From Lysobacterales bacterium (lineage in GTDB: Bacteria; Pseudomonadota; Gammaproteobacteria; Xanthomonadales; SZUA-5), in the NCBI GenBank assembly GCA_022844165.1, contig JALHMH010000002.1:192001-256000 (forward strand): a stretch of 64,000 bases of DNA, in the 5' to 3' direction. This document shows, piece after piece, positions 10,324 through 18,807 of the stretch; positions within the stretch are counted from its first letter, which is position 1, and every line of letters begins with the position of its first letter. The notes beneath the pieces were generated by a model, which was not told the DNA's origin, did not search any database, and saw nothing but the letters and a program-made list of their open reading frames with translations. The translations under genes were made by a program, and so were the position numbers.

Positions 10324-12315
10324 ATGAGCTATTTCATCACTGGTGCAACGGGCTTCATCGGCCGTTTCCTGATCAGCAATCTGCTGAGGCGCAAGGGCAC
10401 GATTTATGTGCTGGTGCGGCGCGGATCCAAGGAGAAGTTCGAAGCGCTCAAAGATCGCTACCCGGAAGCCGGCGATCGACTGCAGGCAGTCACCGGCGAT
10501 TTGACCAAACCGTTGCTCGGTTTGAACGCCGAGGCGCAGGCTGCGCTCAAGGGCAAGATCAAGCATCTATTCCATCTGGCAGCGGTTTACGATCTGGCGG
10601 CGAGCGCTGAATCGCAGCAAGCGGCGAACATTGATGGCACCCGCAACGCAGTGCAGCTGGGCGAAGCCCTCCGTGTGGGGTGTTTCCACCATGTCAGCTC
10701 GATCGCAGCGGCCGGCCTTTACGGCGGCGTGTTCCGCGAAGATATGTTTGACGAAGCTGAAGGCCTGGATCACCCGTATTTCCGCACCAAGCACGATTCC
10801 GAAGGCATCGTGCGCAAAGAATGCAAGCGTCCCTGGCGCGTCTATCGCCCGGCGATTGTGGTGGGTCATTCCAAAACCGGCGAGATCGACAAGATCGACG
10901 GACCGTACTACTTCTTCACGCTGCTGAAAAAATTGCGCGAGACCCTGCCGCCGTGGATGCCGGTGCTGGGTTTCGAGGGCGGGCGCATCAACATCGTCCC
11001 GGTCGACTTTATCTGCGATGCGATGGATCACATTGCGCACGAGAAGGGATTGGATGGCCAGTGCTTCCACCTGACCGACCCGGCGCCGCGGCGTGTCGGT
11101 GAGGTGCTGAATCTGTTCGCAAATGCCGGGCACGCGCCAGAAATGACGATGCGTATCGACGCGCGCATGTTCCAGATCATTCCGAGTTCGATCCGCAACA
11201 TGGTCGGCGCACTGCCACCCGTACGGCGCATTACGCAGCATTTGTTCAAGTCATTGAACATTCCGCCCGACATGATGAAGTTCTTCAACTACCCGACGCG
11301 GTTCGATTGCCGCGAAACCGAGCGGGTGTTGCGCGGAACGGGCATCAAAGTGCCGGATCTCGCTGGCTACGCATGGCGACTTTGGGACTACTGGGAACGC
11401 CATCTTGATCCGGATCTATTTATCGATCGCACCCTGTCGAGCAAGGTCAAAGGCAGAGTGGTGCTGATCACCGGCGGTTCGAGTGGCATTGGTTTGGCCA
11501 GCGCACACAAACTCGCGGCCGCAGGCGCCAAAACGCTGATCTGTGCGCGTGGCGTGGAGGACCTGGAAAAAGCCAAAGCCGAGATCGAAGCCGCAACACC
11601 GGGCGCCGAGGTATTCGTCTATCAAGCCGATTTGGCAGACCTCGCCTCGGCGGATGCGCTGGTTGCCAAAGTGCTCGCTGAGCACGGACACGTCGACATT
11701 CTGGTGAACAATGCCGGCCGTTCGATTCGTCGTTCGATCGCGCTGTCCTACGATCGGTTCCACGACTTCGAGCGCACCATGCAGCTCAACTACTTCGGCT
11801 CGCTGCGCTTGATCATGGGTTTCTTGCCGAGCATGAGCGAGCGTAAGAAAGGCCACATCATCAATATCAGCTCGATCGGCGTACTCTCCAATGCGCCGCG
11901 CTTCTCGGCGTATGTCGCGAGCAAAGCCGCACTCGACGCGTTCAGCCGCTGCGCCGCGAGCGAGTTCTCGGATCGCAATATCCACTTTACGATCATCAAT
12001 ATGCCGCTGGTGCGCACGCCGATGATCGGGCCGACGAAGATGTACGACAACGTGCCGACATTGACGCCGGAAGACGCGGCCGACCTGATCGTGCGCGCGG
12101 TCATCGAGCGCCCGCAACGCATCGCCACACGCGTTGGCATCTTCGCGGAAATCTTGCACCTGCTGGCGCCGAAGGTTTATCAGGTGGTGCTCAACACCGC
12201 GTTCCAGCTATTCCCGGATTCCGCGGCTGCGAAGGGCGTCAAGCCTGGTCAGGAAGCGCCGCCGTCCAGCGAACAGGTGGCATTCGCTTCGATGATGCGC
12301 GGGATTCACTGGTAG
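10324..12315 (+). CDS. Double-SDR fatty acyl-CoA reductase-like protein
   Basis: N-terminal extended SDR (TGATGFIG, YFRTK) plus C-terminal classical SDR (TGGSSGIG, NNAGRSIRR, YVASK), ending in RGIHW. Confidence 0.88.
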   Translation: MSYFITGATGFIGRFLISNLLRRKGTIYVLVRRGSKEKFEALKDRYPEAGDRLQAVTGDLTKPLLGLNAEAQAALKGKIKHLFHLAAVYDLAASAESQQAANIDGTRNAVQLGEALRVGCFHHVSSIAAAGLYGGVFREDMFDEAEGLDHPYFRTKHDSEGIVRKECKRPWRVYRPAIVVGHSKTGEIDKIDGPYYFFTLLKKLRETLPPWMPVLGFEGGRINIVPVDFICDAMDHIAHEKGLDGQCFHLTDPAPRRVGEVLNLFANAGHAPEMTMRIDARMFQIIPSSIRNMVGALPPVRRITQHLFKSLNIPPDMMKFFNYPTRFDCRETERVLRGTGIKVPDLAGYAWRLWDYWERHLDPDLFIDRTLSSKVKGRVVLITGGSSGIGLASAHKLAAAGAKTLICARGVEDLEKAKAEIEAATPGAEVFVYQADLADLASADALVAKVLAEHGHVDILVNNAGRSIRRSIALSYDRFHDFERTMQLNYFGSLRLIMGFLPSMSERKKGHIINISSIGVLSNAPRFSAYVASKAALDAFSRCAASEFSDRNIHFTIINMPLVRTPMIGPTKMYDNVPTLTPEDAADLIVRAVIERPQRIATRVGIFAEILHLLAPKVYQVVLNTAFQLFPDSAAAKGVKPGQEAPPSSEQVAFASMMRGIHW

Positions 12316-12331
12316 CTGTATTGAGGCTGCC

Positions 12332-12354
12332 GGGCGGTCGTGAATCGACCGCCC
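12332..12354 (+). terminator. Hairpin after the SDR gene (possible terminator)
   Basis: GGGCGGTCG-tgaat-CGACCGCCC with no clear U tract. Confidence 0.4.
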
Positions 12355-12569
12355 ACGCGCTTCGGTCGGCTTGGTTTTCATCTAGCAAGAAGGGTTACCA
12401 ATGCGACCGGCGCTCTTGTTCTCGCGGATCGGATTGGTCTATTCCTTTTGCATGCTTGCGGTGAGTTTGTATTTCTCCTATTCGTGGAACGAGCAAGGCA
12501 TTGATCTGGCGCACGAGCGGCTTTGGTGCACGCACACTGGCCTTGCTTAGGTCGCAATGCTCAAGTCTT

Positions 12570-12645
12570 AGAAAGGAGGTGCCCGCCAGCCGACCGGTCG
12601 GGGAGGACGATCGGTTTTGGGAGGAGCTTGGCTGGCGGGCATTGA
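12570..12645 (-). ncRNA. Candidate small RNA with C-rich anti-SD loops (possibly Xanthomonadales sX9-like)
   Basis: Minus strand: an 11-bp outer stem GCCCGCCAGCC/GGCTGGCGGGC encloses CTCCTCCC and an inner hairpin with a TCCTCCC loop, followed by ACCTCCTTTCT. The family name is from recollection only. Confidence 0.6.
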
Positions 12646-12727
12646 AACGAAGCGCCGTCCTTGGCGCGATCGGCGGCTTTGCGCCGCCGATCAGGAGGCG
12701 CATGCGCCCCCGCAATTCTTCTAGAAC

Positions 12728-13369
12728 TTACTCAGCGGCCGGGGTCGCCACAACCGCGGGTGTCGCGGGTTTGGCTTTCTTGGCGACCGGCTTCTTTGCG
12801 GCAACTGGCCTGGCGGCCGGCTTCGGCTCAACTTTGGCGGCTGTCGGCTTCGCAGCTGCAGGTTTGGCAGCGACCTTGACGGCTGGCTTGGCAGCGGGCT
12901 TGGCAACGGCGGCTTTTGCGGGTGCCTTGCGCGTGCTGGCATCCAGCGAACGCACGGCCTTGCTCAACTCGTCGACGCGTTTGGCCAATTGTTCGATCTC
13001 ATCGCGCCCCGGGATGCCCAGTGTGCCAAGTGCCTTGGACACACGATTTTCGAAAACTTGCTCGAGGCGATCGATGGTGTCGGTGGCGCGTTCGCGCACC
13101 TGGCTCACCGTGTTCTCCACAATGCCGCGCATCTCATCGAGCTTGACGCCCGTCAACTTACGCGTCGCGCGTTCCAAAGCTGTGCCCTCTTTGACGAGCG
13201 TCTCGTACAACTTGCCGCTCTGTTCTTGTGCTTTCGCAAAAGCGCCTAAACCGGCGAGCCAAATCTGCTCTGCCTGTTCCATGATCGCTTTGGCCGTATG
13301 TTTGACCGATTTCTTTTCGGCTTCCGGCGCTGCTTTTGCCTTGGCCTTGGAACCCTTCGACGTCTTCAT
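12728..13369 (-). CDS. Phasin, PhaF-like, with an AAKP-rich tail
   Basis: QIWLAGLGAFAKAQ, LEQVFENRVSKAL..LGIP and a histone H1-like Ala/Lys/Pro C-terminus. Confidence 0.9.
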   Translation of the reverse strand: MKTSKGSKAKAKAAPEAEKKSVKHTAKAIMEQAEQIWLAGLGAFAKAQEQSGKLYETLVKEGTALERATRKLTGVKLDEMRGIVENTVSQVRERATDTIDRLEQVFENRVSKALGTLGIPGRDEIEQLAKRVDELSKAVRSLDASTRKAPAKAAVAKPAAKPAVKVAAKPAAAKPTAAKVEPKPAARPVAAKKPVAKKAKPATPAVVATPAAE

Positions 13370-13513
13370 AAAAACCCTCTGCTGAAAATGCAGCCTCGAC
13401 CCGAGCCGAACTGGAGTGCCGACCCGCAGGATGAGCGCGCATCTTCGTGATGCAGGGTAGAGTGAGCACACTAGCCGCTGGCTTGCGAACTCAGCGGCGA
13501 GGCGCGTTGCGAC

Positions 13514-14782
13514 CTAAGACGACACGCGAACGCGTTTTGTACTGCGCAACTGCTCACGCTCCATGACGCGATCCAGCTCGTTGAGCGAGCGGTTGAGGCG
13601 CGAGAGCACACTGGTCGCCGGCGGCTTGGTGCCGGAGAGCCCGTCCCAAATGGTGCGGCCGAGATCGTCGAGGACTTCGTCGCGCAACCTCAGGCCGTGG
13701 CGTTTGAGCACTCTGCTGAACGCCTCACGATGGGCGCGAATGTCCGCAAGCGTGTGGCTGTATGCGTGTTCGCACAACTGCCGGCGCGAACCGAACGAAA
13801 ACACGTTGGTAAAGAACATCTCGGCGTCGTGCGCATCGGGTTCGAAGCGCACCAGATCCGATTGATCGTAGCTCTTGTCGTACTTGCCGAAGCCGACGCG
13901 CATTCGCGAATACAGCATCGCGCGAATGGTCTGGCTAAGAACGCGGGGAAGTCCGCCGCGCACCAGACTCTCCGGCGCTTTTTCGCCTTTTTCCTCAAGC
14001 TTGGAAGCGTCGAACGGCACCAGTGGATTCAGCGCCAGCAAAAGGTCGATGTCTTCATCGAGCGCGACCGACGCGTGCAGCGTGCGCTGCAACGCACCGT
14101 CGACGAAGTACTTGCCATCGATCTCAACGGGCGGATAAAACCCAGGTAGCGCGGAGCTCGCTTGCACGGCGCGACTGATCGGAACATTGTTTTCGTCCGC
14201 CGCGCCGAATCGCACCGTTCGCCCGCTGTCCAGCTCGACGGCGATCACGTACAGCGGGCGGTCCAGTTTTCGGAAATCGTTGGTGCGCCCGTGGCCGGTG
14301 AAGATGCGGCGCAAATAGCGTTCAATGCCCTCGTTGTCGAAGATGCCCGTCGGCAGCGCCTCGCCGATGCGACCCAGACCTTCGCTCCAGCGTTGCGACG
14401 CAGGCCGAAACAGCGTGTCCAGAAGCCAATCGCCGAAGATGCCCGGTACAGCGCCCAGGCGTTTGGCGAATTCGAAAAATGCCGGGCGTAGAAAAAGCTC
14501 CGGGCGAAAGGAGTTCTCTGCCAGCTCGTCAGTGACGAACATGCGGCACATTTCGGCGGTATCGATGCGATTGGCCAGTCCCGCGGCGAGAAAAGCCCCT
14601 GAGCTAACGCCGACGTACACATCCAGGCGCGTCAGATCGAGCCCTTCGATCGCCTCATCGAGCGCACGGAGTGCGCCCATTTCATAGATGCCACCCACCG
14701 GGCCACCGCCCGCTACCGCGAGACCAATACGATGCGGCTGGCGCAGCGAACGGGGTCGACGGGCCTCTTGCAGATGCAGCAC
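13514..14782 (-). CDS. Patatin-like phospholipase/esterase
   Basis: GGGPVGG loop, GVSSG nucleophile, ASSALPG and VDGA. Confidence 0.88.
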   Translation of the reverse strand: MLHLQEARRPRSLRQPHRIGLAVAGGGPVGGIYEMGALRALDEAIEGLDLTRLDVYVGVSSGAFLAAGLANRIDTAEMCRMFVTDELAENSFRPELFLRPAFFEFAKRLGAVPGIFGDWLLDTLFRPASQRWSEGLGRIGEALPTGIFDNEGIERYLRRIFTGHGRTNDFRKLDRPLYVIAVELDSGRTVRFGAADENNVPISRAVQASSALPGFYPPVEIDGKYFVDGALQRTLHASVALDEDIDLLLALNPLVPFDASKLEEKGEKAPESLVRGGLPRVLSQTIRAMLYSRMRVGFGKYDKSYDQSDLVRFEPDAHDAEMFFTNVFSFGSRRQLCEHAYSHTLADIRAHREAFSRVLKRHGLRLRDEVLDDLGRTIWDGLSGTKPPATSVLSRLNRSLNELDRVMEREQLRSTKRVRVSS

Positions 14783-14937
14783 GGACGGAACCTCAGGCTT
14801 GGATGGAGGGGCCGGAGTCTAAAGCCGGGCGACCAAGTTTTGGCTCGATCCGCGCTTCTTTACGATGCCGTCTCAGATTTCGGCAACGTCTTAGGACGTT
14901 GGCTTGCGGCAGGCCAGCACCGCGGCCTAATATGGCG

Positions 14938-14953
14938 GTATAGACGTCTATAC
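14938..14953. promoter_or_regulatory. Perfect 16-bp palindrome, putative operator
   Basis: GTATAGACGTCTATAC ends 10 nt before the cysB-like start codon. Confidence 0.6.
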
Positions 14954-14963
14954 GGACTAATCC

Positions 14964-15953
14964 ATGACCCTGACACAACTTCGCTATCTGGTTGCGGTCG
15001 TTGATGCTGGCAACAACATCACTCAGGCGGCGACCAAGGTGCACGCCACGCAACCGGGTTTAAGCAAACAGCTCAAGCAGCTTGAGCAGTGGTTGGGATT
15101 TGAGCTCTTTGCGCGTCGCGGCAAGGCGCTCGACGGCTTGACCGAACCCGGCGCGCGCGTTGTCGAGCAGGCGCGTGCGCTGCTCGATCGTGCGGATGCG
15201 ATTCGCGATATTCGTGCCAGTTTTTCGGTCGATCAGGGCGGTGCGTTGCGGATCGCAACTACGCACACGCAGGCGCGATACGTGCTGCCAAAAGCCATCG
15301 TCGCGTTGAAGCGCTCCTGGCCGCTCCTGAATGTGCAACTGACACCGCAAGACGACGATGTCGCCATCGCCGCGCTACAGAGTGGCGCTGCGGATGTGGC
15401 GATCGTCTCGGCGCCGCATGCGCCGGCTGACTTGCTCGCTTTGCCGCTGTATCGGTGGAGCCGCCAGGCCCTGTTGACGGCGCAGCATCCGTTGGCCGAT
15501 GCGCAAATGACATTGGCGGATCTGGCACGATTTCCGCAAGTCAGTTACGCCTCCGCGCTGGGTCCTGCAGGATCGTTGCGTGTTGCGATGGAAAACGAGG
15601 GACTGCAACTGATCATTGGTATGGCGGCGAGCGACGGCGATTTGATCAAGACTTATGTTCGTGCGGGGCTTGGTGTTGGCATCATCGCGCCAATGGCGTT
15701 GACCGATGGCGACGGCGATCTGATCGCACGTTCTCTGACTGGCGTTTTGCCGGCGATGACGACATGGTTGGTGTTGCGTCCACAACAGACGCTCACGCGT
15801 GCGCTGGCCGCTCTGCTCGAACACCTGGCGCCCCATGTCGACGCCTGGGCAACGAAACAGCGATTGTTGGGCGATTCCAGCGTCGAATTGCTGAAGGGCG
15901 ACGTGCCGCACTGGCCATTGGCGCCAAAGGCACACGTTGCAGACCCCGCATAG
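14964..15953 (+). CDS. cysB: CysB/Cbl-like LysR regulator
   Basis: LysR HTH (TQPGLSKQLKQLE) with CysB hallmarks IATTHTQARY and IKTYVRAGLGVGI. Confidence 0.82.
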   Translation: MTLTQLRYLVAVVDAGNNITQAATKVHATQPGLSKQLKQLEQWLGFELFARRGKALDGLTEPGARVVEQARALLDRADAIRDIRASFSVDQGGALRIATTHTQARYVLPKAIVALKRSWPLLNVQLTPQDDDVAIAALQSGAADVAIVSAPHAPADLLALPLYRWSRQALLTAQHPLADAQMTLADLARFPQVSYASALGPAGSLRVAMENEGLQLIIGMAASDGDLIKTYVRAGLGVGIIAPMALTDGDGDLIARSLTGVLPAMTTWLVLRPQQTLTRALAALLEHLAPHVDAWATKQRLLGDSSVELLKGDVPHWPLAPKAHVADPA

Positions 15954-15988
15954 CGGTACACTGCGCCATTGCCCACGGAGAACTGGCC

Positions 15989-17032
15989 ATGACCGATACT
16001 GTTCCGCCGATGGATACTGGCGACAAAATACCCGTCCCGCCCCAGCGCTCCTGGCGCTGGCGTCTGGTGGGTGTAGCAATCGGTTCGATCACGCTGCTGG
16101 TCGCAGGTTTGATGTTCTGGTGGTCGACGGAACCCGATCCGTTCAAGGTCCAGGCGAATGCTGATGCGTATGCCAAACAGCGTGGCGAACGCGTTGTTCC
16201 CGGTTATGTCAGCGTCGCAACGGCAATCCGTATTGCCAACACTTTGCTGGACAAACGCGGCGGCTATTTGTCGAACGATTTGCTGCCGCCCGGCGTGCTG
16301 ATGGACAACATCCCCGAATGGGAATTCGGCGTGCTGCAGCAGCTGCGCGATTTTTCCCTGGCATTGCGCAACGACTTCTCGCGCTCGCAAAGCCAGTCGC
16401 AGGACGACATCGATCTACGCGAAGCGCAGCCGCGATTTGCGTTTTCCAACGACCGCTGGATCTTGCCGTCGACCGAAAGCCAGTATCGGCAGGCGATCGG
16501 TCATCTGGACGGTTATTTGGCGCGTCTGGCCGACAGCGACGAGTACAACGCGCAGTTCTACGTGCGCGCGGACAATCTGGTGTCGTGGCTGACACTCGTG
16601 GAAAAACAGCTCGGTTCGCTCTCGCAACGGTTATCCGCCAGCGTGGGTCAGGTGCGAATCAACACCGATCTGGCCAATGAAGAAGCGGCGGCGCAATCCA
16701 CCCGGGCACCTGCGATCGTGGTGACCCGAACGCCCTGGCTGGAGATCGACAACGTGTTTTACGAGGCGCGGGGAACAAGTTGGGCGCTGCTGCATTTGCT
16801 CAAAGCCATCGAGCGCGATTTTCGGCCGGTGTTGGAAGACAAGAACGCCGTGATCAGCGTCAAGCAGATTATTCGCGAACTGGAAGAAGCCCAGGCCCCG
16901 GTGATGAGCCCGATGATTTTGAACGGCGGTGGTTACGGTTTTTTCGCCAATCACAGTCTGGTGATGGCCAACTATCTGTCGCGCGCAAACGCGGCCATTA
17001 TCGACTTGCGAAAGCTTCTGGAACGCGGGTAA
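15989..17032 (+). CDS. DUF2333 family protein
   Basis: LLDKRGGYLSND, DNIPEWEFGVL, IDNVFYEARG and FANHSLVMANY, with an N-terminal TM segment and a GGAG SD. Confidence 0.85.
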   Translation: MTDTVPPMDTGDKIPVPPQRSWRWRLVGVAIGSITLLVAGLMFWWSTEPDPFKVQANADAYAKQRGERVVPGYVSVATAIRIANTLLDKRGGYLSNDLLPPGVLMDNIPEWEFGVLQQLRDFSLALRNDFSRSQSQSQDDIDLREAQPRFAFSNDRWILPSTESQYRQAIGHLDGYLARLADSDEYNAQFYVRADNLVSWLTLVEKQLGSLSQRLSASVGQVRINTDLANEEAAAQSTRAPAIVVTRTPWLEIDNVFYEARGTSWALLHLLKAIERDFRPVLEDKNAVISVKQIIRELEEAQAPVMSPMILNGGGYGFFANHSLVMANYLSRANAAIIDLRKLLERG

Positions 17033-17344
17033 GCAGCCGCAGGCTGCGGTGCGAGATGCAAGCGAGCCAGTCTACTCCCTCTCGCCTTGCCGAAATCGAT
17101 CAGACATTTCTTTCGTTTACATCGGGACGCCACACTATCTGGCTGTTTAGAGGCAGCCTGCTGGCGATCAGGGATGGTTCCCTCATGGATCGAGCACGCA
17201 AGCGGTTGATCCATTGGAGAGCGAGTCCGGACATGCGCCGGACTCGCGACTTGAGAAACGCACAGGAACGTCCCAGGTCAACACTCACAACTCTCCGACT
17301 TGGCCTCAACTGCGAACCTGGCGAGCTGTTTTCGCGAAAATCTG

Positions 17345-18070
17345 TCAGCGGATCAACCAGCCAGCTGGATCAAAACTGTCTCGAACCCATGGGCCGCCTC
17401 GAACAAAGTCCCAAGGGATAGACGGGAAGAATGGCCCAGAAGGAGATACCGGCCAAGGATTGCGTGGGCGGTTAGGCGGAACTGTGCATTCAATGCAATT
17501 ACACTGACAGGACGCAACCCCGCAGAGGATCGCAGTAACATGCGCGCCGCAAGGGCAGGTCATCCGGCATCCCAAGAAACAATCTTGTCTTTGAAGAAAG
17601 CAATTGGCAGTAATAAGGACGCCAATGATAATCGGAGCAGCATGCTTATCCGTCGGCTGAACGTAGTCGTTTCCTGCCGCTTTAACAAATTCGACGATAT
17701 CCAGTTGCCCGCTCTTGCCGTTGGAAGCGACCCAGGATATGACCCCAGATCGCCCCGTCGTTTCGACAGTCATACCATCGGTCATCTCAAAACTAGATCG
17801 ATAGGGTTCGCCATGATACTTGAGCTGACTGCAGTCACTGTCACATGCCGGCGTGCTGTTGCTCAACGATTCCGACGACATCCAGGCAGAATGGCGAGTT
17901 CCGGTATCGCTCAAAACTCGCTGGGCCAATTCAATCTCATGCGGAGAATAGCGCGACTTCAAAGCGGCCAGCGAATCATCCATATTTACTTTGCACAAAT
18001 CCATTTGAGGAGTCTGAGCAAAGACCGAGCAAGCAAAAAAGCCTGCGAACAGGAACAATAACTTTTTCAT
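17345..18070 (-). CDS. Secreted Cys-rich hypothetical protein
   Basis: Signal peptide MKKLLFLFAGFFACSVFA, TAAGGA SD, a 10-Cys cluster and a Pro/Trp-rich tail. Confidence 0.8.
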   Translation of the reverse strand: MKKLLFLFAGFFACSVFAQTPQMDLCKVNMDDSLAALKSRYSPHEIELAQRVLSDTGTRHSAWMSSESLSNSTPACDSDCSQLKYHGEPYRSSFEMTDGMTVETTGRSGVISWVASNGKSGQLDIVEFVKAAGNDYVQPTDKHAAPIIIGVLITANCFLQRQDCFLGCRMTCPCGAHVTAILCGVASCQCNCIECTVPPNRPRNPWPVSPSGPFFPSIPWDFVRGGPWVRDSFDPAGWLIR

Positions 18071-18111
18071 CGAGAATGTCCTTAGGAAGGCAAAAAAATA
18101 TCGGCAATGCG

Positions 18112-18207
18112 TTAGCTCTGCCGGGAATATGAGCAGAGTTCTGAAAGCTCCAATTTGGCCGTATCCAAGACGAACATTGCTGCGACCATCAGTTTCGATA
18201 GTTTCAT
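18112..18207 (-). pseudogene. 31-aa small ORF or truncated secreted-protein gene
   Basis: TAAGGA SD followed by MKLSKLMVAAMFVLDTAKLELSELCSYSRQS*. It begins like a signal peptide. Confidence 0.3.
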
Positions 18208-18327
18208 CGTTGATTCCTTAACTCTTACGTTTAGGGGTTGTCTCTTTCGAGACAGCAGCGCGGCGTTGCGCCGCGCTTACTCCTTAATCGTAATTTGAGA
18301 GCAACTTCGATCACTGCCGCTTCGTTA

Positions 18328-18753
18328 TTACTCCTCTTGCTGCGGTCGGCACGAAATGGTGACTGTGCGGCTGCGCGTGCCGGCAGCTGCCGACGTTACC
18401 CGGCCAGTGAGTGTTCCCGAGCTTCCGTAAGAACAAATGGCCGTCTGCCTGGGCGTTGATCCATAAGCCGAAAGAAGCACGTTTGGCGACGAGGACCATC
18501 CATAAACATAGTCTTTGGATTGAGGATAAACCTCACAACTCCTGGTCGTTGGTGTGCCGCTGCACAACACGAAGACTGGCGGTATGTTGTCGCGAGGATG
18601 GCATTTGCAGGGATTGTCTCGGCTCGTCTTTACGGCGTGGAATCCTGGATCACATGGCAGGACCGGGCAGATATCGACATCGTCACCAGCGCTCGCCGTC
18701 ATAGACAGCGGCAACATGGCGAGAAGGACGCACAGGTTTCGAAGTGTTCTCAT
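18328..18753 (-). CDS. Secreted Cys-rich hypothetical protein (141 aa)
   Basis: GGAG SD, signal peptide ending in ASA and 8 Cys in the mature part. Confidence 0.8.
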   Translation of the reverse strand: MRTLRNLCVLLAMLPLSMTASAGDDVDICPVLPCDPGFHAVKTSRDNPCKCHPRDNIPPVFVLCSGTPTTRSCEVYPQSKDYVYGWSSSPNVLLSAYGSTPRQTAICSYGSSGTLTGRVTSAAAGTRSRTVTISCRPQQEE

Positions 18754-18807
18754 CTGTTGTTCTCCGTTGTTGGTTCTGGGTACATCGTAATTTGGCGACA
18801 AAATCGA

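Noticed and set aside
12501-13385. 294-aa Ala/Gly-rich plus-strand ORF
   Set aside because: It is the antisense shadow of the low-complexity phasin gene.
17300-18061. 253-aa plus-strand ORF opposite the Cys-rich gene
   Set aside because: It has Arg-rich shadow composition. The minus-strand ORF has the SD and signal peptide.
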